DNA of 60,882 bases, taken from NCBI GenBank assembly GCA_002269645.1, contig NIVC01000277.1:171592-232473 (forward strand), given 5' to 3'. Below, piece after piece: positions 41,901 through 54,511 of this stretch (positions within the stretch are counted from its first letter, which is position 1; each line of letters opens with the position of its first letter). The stretch comes from Macrostomum lignano (Eukaryota). A model generated the notes under the pieces. The model had not been told where the DNA came from, ran no database searches, and was given only the letters and a program-made list of their open reading frames with translations. Made by a program: the position numbers and the translations under genes.

Positions 41901-44900
41901 CACACTGACAGGTTGGTGGAAGAAATAAATGACTTTGCATACAACTTTACAAGCCTAGTTGTTGGCTGTGTTCGGAGCCGCGGCAACTTTAAGTAGAGAA
42001 TTAAGAATCAGTCAAGCAAGCGAACACAACTGACAAAATGCCGGTGTTCAGAGCGTGTTGTATATAAAAGTCAAGGCTGGACAAGCCTCTCTGTGGCCCA
42101 GCGGACAGATGCACCCTGAGGGGTGTATTAGAATCCCAACTGAATGAGGGGAATATATCCCCAGGACAAGATATCTGTGAATAACGCCCATTTAATTGCA
42201 ATTGATTTATTTGAGTCCCCCGTGTGCTTCGTCCACTTTTTTTCTCTCCTACTATAATGACTGATGAAGCGCCCGTGAGGCTGACTGACTTCATCGGAGG
42301 TGTCAAGCTCTTCTTCTGGGCACCGGCGCACAAAAAATAACGTCAGAGGAGTCAAGGCGGCAGGGCAGGCAGTGCAGGAGGGCAGCTCAGCAAGTCAGCC
42401 AGCCATACATCACACCCTTCTGTTGTGGGCGGTGCCTCATGTCAAGGTCCGAACCATCAGCCTCTCATCTTCTCATTGCAGCCTCACCATAATAGCGCGA
42501 TTGATGACGGAGTTTGGAGGATGGTGGAGGGTCCGGCATGAATTTGACAGCCACTGCGCAATCGCGCTTCTTAAAACGCATTAACAGATTTTCACCTGGC
42601 TGGCGAAAGTGTTTTTTTCCTTCATTTGATACTTCACTCCAACTATCTGAAACTCCTAAATTTCAGCTTTAACTGTCTGAATCTAACCACTGATTCTCGA
42701 GTCTCCCTTATCCCTTTTCTTAATCCGACAAACCCTACCTATCTCCCTTATCTCAATCTTAAACAACTCTACATCTCCCTTATCTCAACCCTACATCTCC
42801 CTTATCTCAACCCTACATCTCCCTTATCTCAACCCTACATCTCCCTTATCTCAACCCTACATCTCCCTTATCTCAATCTTAAACAACTCTACATCTCCCT
42901 TATCTCAATCTTAAACAACTCTACATCTCCCTTATCTCAACCCTACATCTCCCTTATCTCAACCCTACATCTCCCTTATCTCAACCCTACATCTCCCTTA
43001 TCTCAACCCTACATCTCCCTTATCTCAATCTTAAACAACTCTACATCTCCCTTATCTCAACCCTACATCTCCCTTATCTCAACCCTACATCTCCCTTATC
43101 TCAACCCTACATCTCCCTTATCTCAATCTTAAACAACTCTACATCTCCCTTATCTCAATCTTAAACAACTCTACATCTCCCTTATCTCAACCCTACATCT
43201 CCCTTATCTCAACCCTACATCTCCCTTATCTCAACCCTATATCTCCCTTATCTCAACCCTACATCTCCCTTATCTCAACCCTACATCTCCCTTATCTCAA
43301 CCCTACATCTCCCTTATCTCAACCCTACATCTCCCTTATCTCAACCCTGCATGTCCCTTATCTTAACCCTACATCTCCCTTATCTCAACCCTACATCTCC
43401 CTTATCTCAACCCTACATCTCCCTTATCTTAACCCTACATCTCCCTTATCTCAACCCTATATCTCCCTTATCTCAACCCTACATCTCCCTTATCTTAACC
43501 CTACATCTCCCTTATCTCAACCCTATATCTCCCTTATCTCAACCCTACATGTCCCTTATCTCAAACCTACATCTCCCTTATCTCAACCCTACATGTCCCT
43601 TATCTCAACCCTACATCTCCCTTATCTTAACCCTACATCTCCCTTATCTTAACCCTACATCTCCCTTATCTTAACCCTACATCTCCCTTATCTCAACCCT
43701 ATATCTCCCTTATCTCAACCCTACATGTCCCTTATCTCAAACCTACATCTCCCTTATCTTAACCCTACATCTCCCTTATCTTAACCCTACATCTCCCTTA
43801 TCTTAACCCTACATCTCCCTTATCTTAACCCTACATCTCCCTTATCTTAACCCTACATCTCCCTTATCTTAACCCCAGAAACCCAACATCTCCCAATCTC
43901 CCAATCTCCGTCCAGCCTCACCGCTGCGCCTCATCAACCGGCTGATGGCGGCCACGCTGGGTGCCGTCCGCTCGTCGCACAGCCCGCCAGCGACCAGACG
44001 AGCCCGAATCTCCCAGGCCGGCAGGCTGGGCTCCCGGGCCCGGATCGCTTGGATTCGCCGATCAACCGGTTCCGCCACGGCTCGCCGGTTGCCGCCGGTG
44101 ACGCCGGGTGTCACCGTTCCTGCCGTGCGCGGACAAGGTGCATGCACGGCTTTACACATGTTTTTCTTCAGCTAAAACTTATACGCCTGAGATCTACTCA
44201 CCTCTCAACAATGTGTCTTCTCTGCTCACTCTTTTCTCATTGTTTTGCATTCTATCCTTCTTGAGATGTATACTTCTAGGCCCGCTCTTTACTTCTCATT
44301 TCTCTGTTTCGCATGATTGTCTCTTTCTCATGGATCTCTCGTCTCTTTCTCATGGATCTCTCGTCTCTTTCTCATGGATCTCTCGTCTCTTTCTCACGGA
44401 TCTCTCGTCTCTTTTGCATAGATCGCTTTGTCTCTTTCTCATGAATCTCTCGTCTCTTTCTCATGAATCTCTTGTCTCTTTCTCATGGATCTCTCGTCTC
44501 TTTCTCATGGATCTCTCGTCTCTTTTTCATGGATCTTTCGACTCTTTCTCACGGAACTCTCATATCTTTCTCAATCTTTTTCTAACTTAAGTAATCCGTC
44601 TAAATATAAATTGTATTATATCAAATACTTATTTTCAAAAGAAGCCTCACCTGTCTCCTGAAACCGTTGCAAGATCTTGCTCACGCATCCGTGACTGACC
44701 CGCAGTCGGCGGCTGATGTCGCAGGGCCGGACGCCTTTGCCAGCCAGTTCGACAATCTGCACCCGGACGTGGTGCGGCAGCGGCCGGCCGTTGATGAACA
44801 CCCCGCCGAGCTGGTTGACCCGGCCTTGGCCTACTGGGCGAACGCGTCAGAGAGCATGCGTGAATTTTTTGTTATTTATAAATTTGTCAATTGTTTTGTC

Positions 44901-47900
44901 TCTTGGTCTGCATTCCTGTCGTCTCTTGGTTGGCAACCCCTGTCTCTTGGTTGGCAACCCCTGTCTCTTGGTGGGCGCCCCTGTCTCTTGGTGGGCGCCC
45001 CTGTCTCTTGGTGGGCGCCCCTGTCTCTTGGTGGGCGTCCCTGTCTTTTGGTTAGCGCCCCGTCTCTGGTTGGCGCCCCTGTCTCTGGTTGGCGCCCCTG
45101 TCTCTGGTTGGCGCCCCTGTCTCTGGTTGTCGCCTCTGTCTCTGGTTGGCGCCCCTGTCTCTGGTTGGCGCCCCTGTCTCTGGTTGGCGCCCCTTGGTGG
45201 GCGCTCCTGTCTCTGGTTGGCGCCCCTGTCTCTGGTTGGCGCCCCTTGGTGGGCGCCCCTGTCTCTGGTTGGCGCCCCCTGTCTCTGGTTGGCGCCCCTG
45301 TCTCTGGTTGGCGCCCCTTGGTGGGCGCTCCTGTCTCTGGTTGGCGCCCCTGTCTCTGGTTGGCGCCCCCTGTCGCTTGGTGGGCGCTCCTGTCTCTTGG
45401 TGGTCACCCCTGTCTCTTGGTGGGCGTCCCTTGGTGGGCGCCCCTGTCTTTTGGTTGGCGCCCCTTGGTGGGCGCCCCTGTCTCTGGTTGGCGCCCCCTG
45501 TCGCTTGGTGGGCGCTCCTGTCTCTTGGTGGGCGTCCCTGTCTTTTGGTTAGCGCCCCGTCTCTGGTTGGCGCCCCTGTCTCTGGTTGGCGCCCCCTGTC
45601 TCTGGTTGGCGCCCCTGTCTCTGGTTGTCGCCCCTGTCTCTGGTTGTCGCCCCTGTCTCTGGTTGGCGCCCCTGTCTCTGGTTGGCGCCCCTTGGTGGGC
45701 GCCCCTGTCTCTTGGTTGGCGCCCCCTGTCGCTTGGCGGGCGCTCCTGTCTATTGATGGTCACCCCTGTCTCTTGGTGGGCGTCCCTTGGTGGGCGCCCC
45801 TGTCTTTTGGTTGGCGCCCCTTGGTGGGCGCCCCTGTCTCTGGTTGGCGCCCCCTGTCGCTTGGTGGGCGCTCCTGTCTCTTGGTGGGGTCACCCCTGTC
45901 TCTTGGTGGGCGTCCCTTGGTGGGCGCCCCTGTCTTTTGGTTGGCGCCCCTTGGTGGGCGCCCCTGTCTCTTGGTGGGCGTCCCTGTCTTTTGGTTGGCG
46001 CCACTGTCTCTTGGTTGGCGCCTCTGTCTCTTGGTGGTCTCCCCTTGGTGGGCGCCCCCACCCCTGTCTTAGGCCGCTGGAGGTTAACGTCCAACAGGTG
46101 GCAAAAATCGAACTTCTGTCATTCGCCGAGCTCTTTCATTTATAATTCGTTGTAGCGCAATTTTGTGGGGCCTTAGCCGCCTTATTTAGATTCATCTAAC
46201 AGCTTAAAATCATTGCTTTCGTGCAGCAGGCGACTTAGGCTTACGCCCTGTTTGTTGCTACACCGATAGCATACGTGGTTTAAAGGCATCTTGGTATTGG
46301 TATAATAGCTAAACTGCTATAATTAACTTCATCAGTTCTAAATGATAAATAACTGACCAGGTGTATTAAAGGAGCTCAAAAACAAAAGCTTTGTTATTCT
46401 ATACCTGGAATCACTGTATTGGCACTCCAACTATCTACTATCTAACATCGCTTGCTCACACTTGCCTGCTCACTGGCGCGGAAGCTGAAATTATCCTCAA
46501 ACAGAAATGATTTCAAAGTTGAAATATCCTCTTATATAATTGGCCTCGGGGTGTATATGGGAAGGTGTATGGCACCATGCACCAGCCCGCATGCAAAAAC
46601 TTGGCTAGACAGAGCATTCAAGCGAAGTGCAAAGGCTCCAATATAAGCCTATAATGCATATATATGCCCAAGGGCGAAGATTAAACGGAATCATTGTTAA
46701 GCCTATACACTACAGCTCCATTGTAAATGACTTTGCCGAAATCTGGGAGACAAAAGTCAACGATGCGCGCGCGTCAAGGAGATTTTTGCTCTGCGAATAA
46801 CTTTAAAAAATTCGCGTCGAAAACCTTTTTTTATCTTCCAGGCAATGGAATCCCTGGTTAGCCGGGAAATAACCCAGGTGAGGTGAAAAATATCCAAGAT
46901 AGAATCCCTGGCAACTGTAAAATAACCAAGATGGAACCCCTGTCACCCATATCTATCTACAGAAACCCCTATTGTCACCCATATCTATCTACAGACAGAA
47001 ACCCCTATTGTCACCCATATCTATCTACAGAAACCCCTATTGTCACCCATATCTATCTATAGAAACCCCTGTCACCCATACCAATCTATAAGAACCCCTG
47101 TTGTCACCCACATCTATCTATAGGAACCCCTGTCACCCACATCTATCTATAGGAACCCCTGTCACCCATATCTATCTACAGAAACCCCTATTGTCACCCA
47201 TATCTATCTATAGAAACCCCTGTCACCCATACCAATCTATAAGAACCCCTGTTGTCACCCACATCTATCTATAGGAACCCCTGTCACCCATATCTATAGG
47301 AACCCATGTCACCCATATCTATCTATAGGAACCCCTGTCACCCACATCTATCTATAGGAACCCCTGTCACCCATATCTATCTACAGAAACCCCTATTGTC
47401 ACCCATATCTATCTATAGAAACCCCTGTCACCCATACCAATCTGTAAGAACCCCTGTTGTCACCCACATCTATCTATAGGAACCCCTGTCACCCATATCT
47501 ATCTATAGGAACCCCTGTCACCCATATAGGAACCCCTGTCACCCATATCTATAGGAACCCCTGTCACCCATATCTATAAGAACCCCTGTCACCCATATCT
47601 AGCTATAGGAACCCCTGTCACCCATATCTATTTATAGGAACCCCCTGTCACCCACATCTATCTATAGGAACCCCTGTCACCCATATCTATAAGAACCCCT
47701 GTCACCCATATCTATAAGAACCCCTGTCACCCATATCTATAGGAACCCCTGTCACCCATATCTATAAGAACCCCTGTCACCCATATCTATAGGAACCCCT
47801 GTCACCCATATCTATAAGAACCCCTGTCACCCATATCTATAAGAACCCCTGTCACCCATATCTATAGGAACCCCTGTCACCCATATCTATAAGGTCAACC

Positions 47901-48121
47901 CCTGTCACCCATATCTATTTCCATATCTATTGGAAAAAACCTAGGTAATCCTTGTAAGGGTCCCTGTCGGTGACCTCTATATATATCACTTAAACTAATA
48001 GTAACTTACCGTCAAACATCATTGTCGGAAGCTGCGAGCGCCTTGCTGGCTGCTGCGGCTGAGGCAGCGGTGGTGGCGGTGGCGGTGGCGCTTGAGGGTG
48101 TGACAGGAAATTGTCCATCAT
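38974..48121 (-). CDS. Pax3/7: Pax3/7-type (paired/gooseberry-like) transcription factor: paired domain + S50 homeodomain + Pro-rich C-terminus; ~497 aa, 6 exons
   Basis: Exons: 48121-48010, 44830-44651, 44119-43922, 40588-39875, 39375-39323, 39210-38974 (sum 1494 nt, phases consistent). Paired domain [58 protein letters not shown]...[23 protein letters not shown]; homeodomain [38 protein letters not shown]. Exons 2-4 are secure; exons 1, 5 and 6 rest on splice consensus plus phase fit. Confidence 0.92.
40640..41338. repeat. ~11-13-bp minisatellite (CACACAGAGGG(CA))n in Pax intron 3
   Basis: Directly visible; generates the HRGTQR/CVPSVC ORFs. Confidence 0.95.
42700..43876. repeat. 22-bp minisatellite (CCCTACATCTCCCTTATCTCAA)n in Pax intron 3
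   Basis: Period 22 measured (ctacat at 42791 and 42813); a longer TCTTAAACAACT variant recurs. Confidence 0.96.
44325..44570. repeat. 22-bp minisatellite (TCTCTTTCTCATGGATCTCTCG)n in Pax intron 2
   Basis: Directly visible. Confidence 0.9.
44920..46068. repeat. ~19-21-bp GC-rich minisatellite (TGG[T]TGGCGCCCCTGTCTCT)n in Pax intron 1
   Basis: Directly visible. Confidence 0.95.
46935..47912. repeat. 25/29-bp minisatellite (CTGTCACCCATATC[TATC]TATAGGAACCC)n in Pax intron 1
   Basis: Periods 29 (47461, 47490, 47519) and 25 (47701, 47726) measured. Confidence 0.95.
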
Positions 48122-48289
48122 TTTCCTCTCCAACCGAAAAAAACTTCCACTGATTAAAAGCGGCAAGCCTCAGTGCCGATGAGGGTTGGTCAACAGCTTG
48201 GCAATAAATAACTGCAGATTCCCAGTTATAAATTGCCTTCCATTTGTCTTAAACACCAGAGTGGAAGGGGAGCAGGGCAGCGCTGTGAG

Positions 48290-48335
48290 CCAGCCAATGA
48301 AAAGTTGAGCAGATAAATGTGGCGGAACCAATCAG
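48290..48335. promoter_or_regulatory. Two CCAAT boxes upstream of the Pax start codon (candidate core promoter)
   Basis: CCAAT at 48294-48298 (AGCCAATGA) and 48328-48332 (AACCAATCAG), about 175-210 bp upstream of ATG 48121; short motifs, no functional evidence. Confidence 0.3.
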
Positions 48336-48704
48336 ACCGGACTTGAATCAGCGCTTGAATCATTTGTAAATAGTGAGGGGGGGCATTCTTATCGCAATTC
48401 CCTTAATCTATGAAAGCCTGTCTGTCTCAGTGACTGTCGACTCGGAGGAACTGGAGTCGATTTCTCTTTGGGTATGGATCATTAGTTTCTCTTATTAGGG
48501 AGTCTTATCGCCTAGTAACTGTTACTGCTACATGCTTCACTGCCTCTCGCTTGTTCCAATCTGCTTGATTTATTTGCAGGAACAGCTAGTGGGTGGCAGG
48601 GAGATGGATTGGGTGCGGAAGCGAACTGAGAGACCAGCCCATCGAATTCAGCTTGTTTTTAACGGTCAAGACAGATGCTGAAGCTGAGAAATTGGATAAT
48701 TAAA

Positions 48705-49258
<554 letters not shown>

Positions 49259-50123
49259 AGCTGCATGCTGAGTATAGTTCACATCCATAAACCTCACTAA
49301 TCAGCCAAAATGCAAGATACAAGAGAATAAAAAGACAAAGTGAAAATATTGATGCTGGGTCTTAGCAGATCATGACGTCCCGAAATTCGATTCAGCCAGC
49401 CTCCCCTCCTCCTACATCCCCTCAGCCGTCGCTCGTGCTAATTCGCAAAACCAGAGCAGCCTGGCGGGGGAGAGTAAAAATTCCTCACTATTAAAATTTG
49501 AAAATTTAAAACAGCCCCCCCCCCCTGCAGAGTCAGCCAGAGACTGCAGAATCCAAATGTATCCAAATTCCATGGCGTTATGAGCTGGGAGAGCAACAAG
49601 TTTTTTTTCTGCAAACCGCCGCCAGGGGCTTTGCGTTTAGAGATGCGCAAGGGCGGCGGCGGTGGGTTTGGAGGAAATTTCGTATTTTTGATGAGGCTGA
49701 CAGGTGGCGCTGCTCTTGGAGCGAGGAAAAAGTGACAGTTGCGCAGATTGGCAGCGGCGGCGACAGCCTCTGGCGCGGGTGTTGGGCAGACCCAGTTAGC
49801 AGATAAAATTTCCTATTACATTATATAGGCCTATTAGGCCACTTAGACGGCCCGTTAAACCCGGGCCGTTAGCTTGCTGCAGGAGAAAGGTGCTCGCAAC
49901 TGGAACATTATTCTGAAGGAATTTTAGGCCTATGCAGACTGATCCCCTTGAAGGACAACGGGCAATATAGAGAGCGGTATTGAGCTTGCCGCAGCTTAAA
50001 GATAGCTCAGACATGCCACTGCAGTCATGATGCATGCAGTTCATCTCTGATGATGGAGAAATCTGGCGCGATATTTTGAACAGAATTTTTGAAAGTTTGA
50101 AGTTTACGGAGGGTCTTTCAGAG

Positions 50124-53100
50124 TGGATTTACAGAGTGCTATTTTGGATTTACAGAACGCCATTTTGGATTTACAGAACGCCATTTTGGATTTACAGAGT
50201 GCCATTTTGGATTTACAGAATGCCATTTTGGATTTACAGAACGCCATTTTGGATTTACAGAGTGCCATTTTGGATTTACAGAGTGCCATTTTGGATTTAC
50301 AGAGTGCCATATTGGATTTACAGAGTGCCATTTTGGATTTACAGAGTGCCATTTTGGATTTACAGAGTGCCATTTTGGATTTACAGAGTGCCATTTTGGA
50401 TTTTCAGAGTGCCATATTGGATTTACAGAGTGCCATTTTGGATTTACAGAGTGCCATTTTGTATTTACAGAGTGCCATTTTGGATTTACAGAGTGCTATT
50501 TTGGATTTACACAACGCCATTTTGGATTTACAGAGTGCCATTTCGGATTTACAGAGCGCCATTTTGGATTTACAGAGTGCCCTTTTGGATTTTCAGAGTG
50601 CCCTTTTGGATTTACAGAGTGCCCTTTTGGATTTTCAGAGTGCCATTTTGGATTTACAGAGTGTCTATTTGGATTTTCAGAGTGCCATTTTGGATTTACA
50701 GAGTGCCCTTTTGGATTTTCAGAGTGCCATTTTGGATTTACAGAGTGCCATTTTGGATTTACAGAGTGCCATTTTGGATTTTCAGAGTGCCATTTTGGAT
50801 TTACAGAGTGCCATATTGAATTTACAGAGTGCCATTTTGGATTTCAGAGTGCCATTTTGGATTTACAGAACGCCATTTTGGATTTACAGAGTGCCATTTT
50901 GGATTTACAGAGTGCCATTTTGGATTTACAGAGTGCCATATTGAATTTACAGAGTGCCATTTTGGATTTACAGAGTGCCATTTTGATTGAATTTACAGAG
51001 TGCCATTTTGATTGGATTTACAGAGTGCCATTTTGATTGGATTTACAGAGTGCCATTTTGGATTTACAGAGTGCCATTTTGATTGGATTTACAGAGTGCC
51101 ATTTTGGATTTACAGAGTGCCATTTTGGATTTACAGAGTGCCATTTTGGATTTACAGAGTGCCATTTTGGATTTACAGAGTGCCATTTTGTATTTACAGA
51201 GTGCCATTTTGGATTTACAGAGTGCTATTTTGGATTTACACAACGCCATTTTGGATTTACAGAGTGCCATTTCGGATTTACAGAGCGCCATTTTGGATTT
51301 ACAGAGTGCCCTTTTGGATTTTCAGAGTGCCCTTTTGGATTTACAGAGTGCCCTTTTGGATTTTCAGAGTGCCATTTTGGATTTACAGAACGCCATTTTG
51401 GATTTACAGAATGCCATATTGGATTTACAGAGTGCCATTTTGGATTTACAGAGTGCCATTTTGGATTTTCAGAGTGCCATTTTGGATTTACAGAGTGCCT
51501 TTTTGGATTTACAGAACGCCATTTTGGATTTACAGAGTGCCATTTTGGATTTACAGAGTGCTATTTTGGATTTACAGAACGCCATTTTGGATTTACAGAA
51601 CGCCATATTGGATTTACAGAGTGCTATTTTGGATTTACAGAGCGCCATTTTGGATTTACAGAGTGCCCTTTTGGATTTTCAGAGTGCCCTTTTGGATTTA
51701 CAGAGTGCCCTTTTGGATTTTCAGAGTGCCATTTTGGATTTACAGAGTGCCCTTTTGGATTTTCAGAGTGCCATTTTGGATTTACAGAGTGCCCTTTTGG
51801 ATTTTCAGAGTGCCATTTTGGATTTACAGAGTGCCCTTTTGGATTTTCAGAGTGCCATTTTGGATTTACAGAGTGCCATTTTGGATTTACAGAGTGCCAT
51901 TTTGGATTTTCAGAGTGCCATTTTAGATTTACAGAGTGCCATATTGAATTTACAGAGTGCCATTTTGGATTTCAGAGTGCCATTTTGGATTTACAGAACG
52001 CCATTTTGGATTTACAGAGTGCCATTTTGGATTTACAGAGTGCCATTTTGGATTTACAGAGTGCCATATTGAATTTACAGAGTGCCATTTTGGATTTACA
52101 GAGTGCCATTTTGATTGAATTTACAGAGTGCCAATTTGATTGGATTTACAGAGTGCCATTTTGATTGGATTTACAGAGTGCCATTTTGGATTTACAGAGT
52201 GCCATTTTGGATTTACAGAGTGCCATTTTGGATTTACAGAGTGCCATATTGAATTTACAGAGTGCCATTTTGGATTTCAGAGTGCCATTTTGGATTTACA
52301 GAACGCCATTTTGGATTTACAGAGTGCCATTTTGGATTTACAGAGTGCCATTTTGGATTTACAGAGTGCCATATTGAATTTACAGAGTGCCATTTTGGAT
52401 TTACAGAGTGCCATTTTGATTGAATTTACAGAGTGCCATTTTGATTGGATTTACAGAGTGCCATTTTGATTGGATTTACAGAGTGCCATTTTGGATTTAC
52501 AGAGTGCCATTTTGATTGGATTTACAGAGTGCCATTTTGGATTTACAGAGTGCCATTTTGGATTTACAGAGTGCCATATTGAATTTACAGAGTGCCATTT
52601 TGGATTTTCAGAGTGCCATTTTGGATTTACAGAGTGCCCTTTTGGATTTTCAGAGTGCCCTTTTGGATTTACAGAGTGCCCTTTTGGATTTTCAGAGTGC
52701 CATTTTGGATTTACAGAGTGCTATTTTGGATTTACAGAGTGCCATTTTGGATTTTCAGAGTGCCATTTTGGATTTACAGAGTGCCATATTGAATTTACAG
52801 AGTGCCATTTTGGATTTCAGAGTGCCATTTTGGATTTACAGAACGCCATTTTGGATTTACAGAGTGCCATTTTGGATTTACAGAGTGCCATATTGAATTT
52901 ACAGAGTGCCATTTTGGATTTACAGAGTGCCATTTTGGATTTACAGAGTGTCATATTGAATTTACAGAGTGCCATTTTGGATTTACAGAGTGCCATTTTG
53001 ATTGGATTTACAGAGTGCCATTTTGATTGGATTTACAGAGTGCCATTTTGATTGGATTTACAGAGTGCCATTTTGGATTTACAGAGTGCCATTTTGGATT

Positions 53101-53430
53101 TAAAGAGTGCCATTTTGGATTTACAGAGTGCCATTTTGATTGGATTTACAGAGCGCCATTTTGGATTTAAAGAGTGTCATTTTGGATTTACAGAGCGCCA
53201 TTTTGGATTTACAGAGTGCCATATTGGATTTACAGAGTGCCATATTGAATTTACAGAGTGCCATTTTGGATTTACAGAGTGCCATTTTGATTGAATTTAC
53301 AGAGTGCCATTTTGATTGGATTTACAGAGTGCCATTTTGATTGGATTTACAGAGTGCCATTTTGGATTTACAGAGTGCCATTTTGATTGGATTTACAGAG
53401 TGCCATTCTGGATTTACAGAGTGCCATATT
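50124..53430. repeat. 21-bp minisatellite (TTGGATTTACAGAGTGCCATT)n, ~3.3 kb
   Basis: Directly visible; 20-bp and 25-bp variant units shift the frame repeatedly. Confidence 0.98.
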
Positions 53431-53874
53431 AATGGGATTTACTGAGCGTCACTTTGGAACTCTAGTATTCTTATTTTTTGCATATTAATACTGCAAAAAA
53501 GATGCCAAATTTATTAGCAAGTCTTTACTACTCAGATCAGTAGTTTATAAGGAAAATTTAAAAGTTTCTCGGTATAAAAATGAAGCTGAAACTAATTGAA
53601 GCACAAGAACAGAAGCAGATTTTATCAAAAAGCTGTAAAAATCAAATGCAGCAGGAAAGCAGTTGGACCACCTTCCAGCTCAAAAAATTCTTTGCATATT
53701 TTTATATTTTGAATAAACTATCGAAAGAAAACCATTAACAAAAAGGTGATAAAGCAAAAAAGAAACGTTTCTATAACAACTAGAAATATTGGGGAGGCAA
53801 GCTTAGGGTGAGACTTTGACATGCGATTGCAGAACGCGACTCTTATTAAATGATATTATCAAATCTGCCTGAAT

Positions 53875-54400
53875 AGTATGACTCTAATAGGGTGAGATTA
53901 TCAAATTCGATTGAATAGAATGATTCTCATAGGGTGAGATTATCAAATCCGATTCGATGGATTGATTCTAATAGGGTGAGATCACCAAATCCGATTCGAT
54001 AGATTGATCCTAATAGGGTGAGAATATCAGATCCGATTCGATGGATTGATTCTCATAGAGTGAGATTATCAAATCTAATTCGATTGATTGATTCTCATAG
54101 GGTGAGATTATCAAATATGATTCGATGGATAGATTCTCATAGAGTGAGATTATCAAATCTAATTCGATTGATTGATTCTCATAGGGTGAAATTATCAAAT
54201 CCGATTCGATGAATTGATTCTAATAGGGTGAGATTATCAAATCCGATTGAATAGAACAAATTTCATAGGGTAAGATTATCAAATCCGATTCGATGGATTG
54301 ATTCTCATAGGGTGAGATTTTCAAATCCGATTGAATAGAATGATTCTCTTAGGGTGAGATTCTCCCAAAAATTGAATGGTCGATTCTCATAGATGAGACT
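53875..54400. repeat. 42-bp minisatellite (TAGGGTGAGATTATCAAATCCGATTCGATGGATTGATTCTCA)n, ~12 copies
   Basis: tagggt at 53888, 53930 and 53972 (period 42). Confidence 0.93.
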
Positions 54401-54511
54401 CTAATTGGAAACTGTTCTTCGGTTAAACCAATTAATTCTCAGGGGTCAAGAAAACGCAAAAAAATTCAAGACGAACTAAAGTCAGAACAGTAACCAGAAC
54501 AAAAAACTGTC

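Noticed and set aside
42700-43876. Telomere-like appearance (AACCCT) of the 22-bp repeat
   Set aside because: Units read CCCTAC/CCCTAT, not tandem CCCTAA; an ordinary intronic minisatellite.
40571-46155. Long ORFs from Pax intronic repeats ([24 protein letters not shown])
   Set aside because: Stop-free translations of minisatellites lying within well-supported introns.
50034-53340. (DLQSAIL)n leucine-zipper-like ORFs
   Set aside because: A 21-bp minisatellite open in all three frames, with frequent 20/25-bp units that break the frame; no credible start or splice structure.
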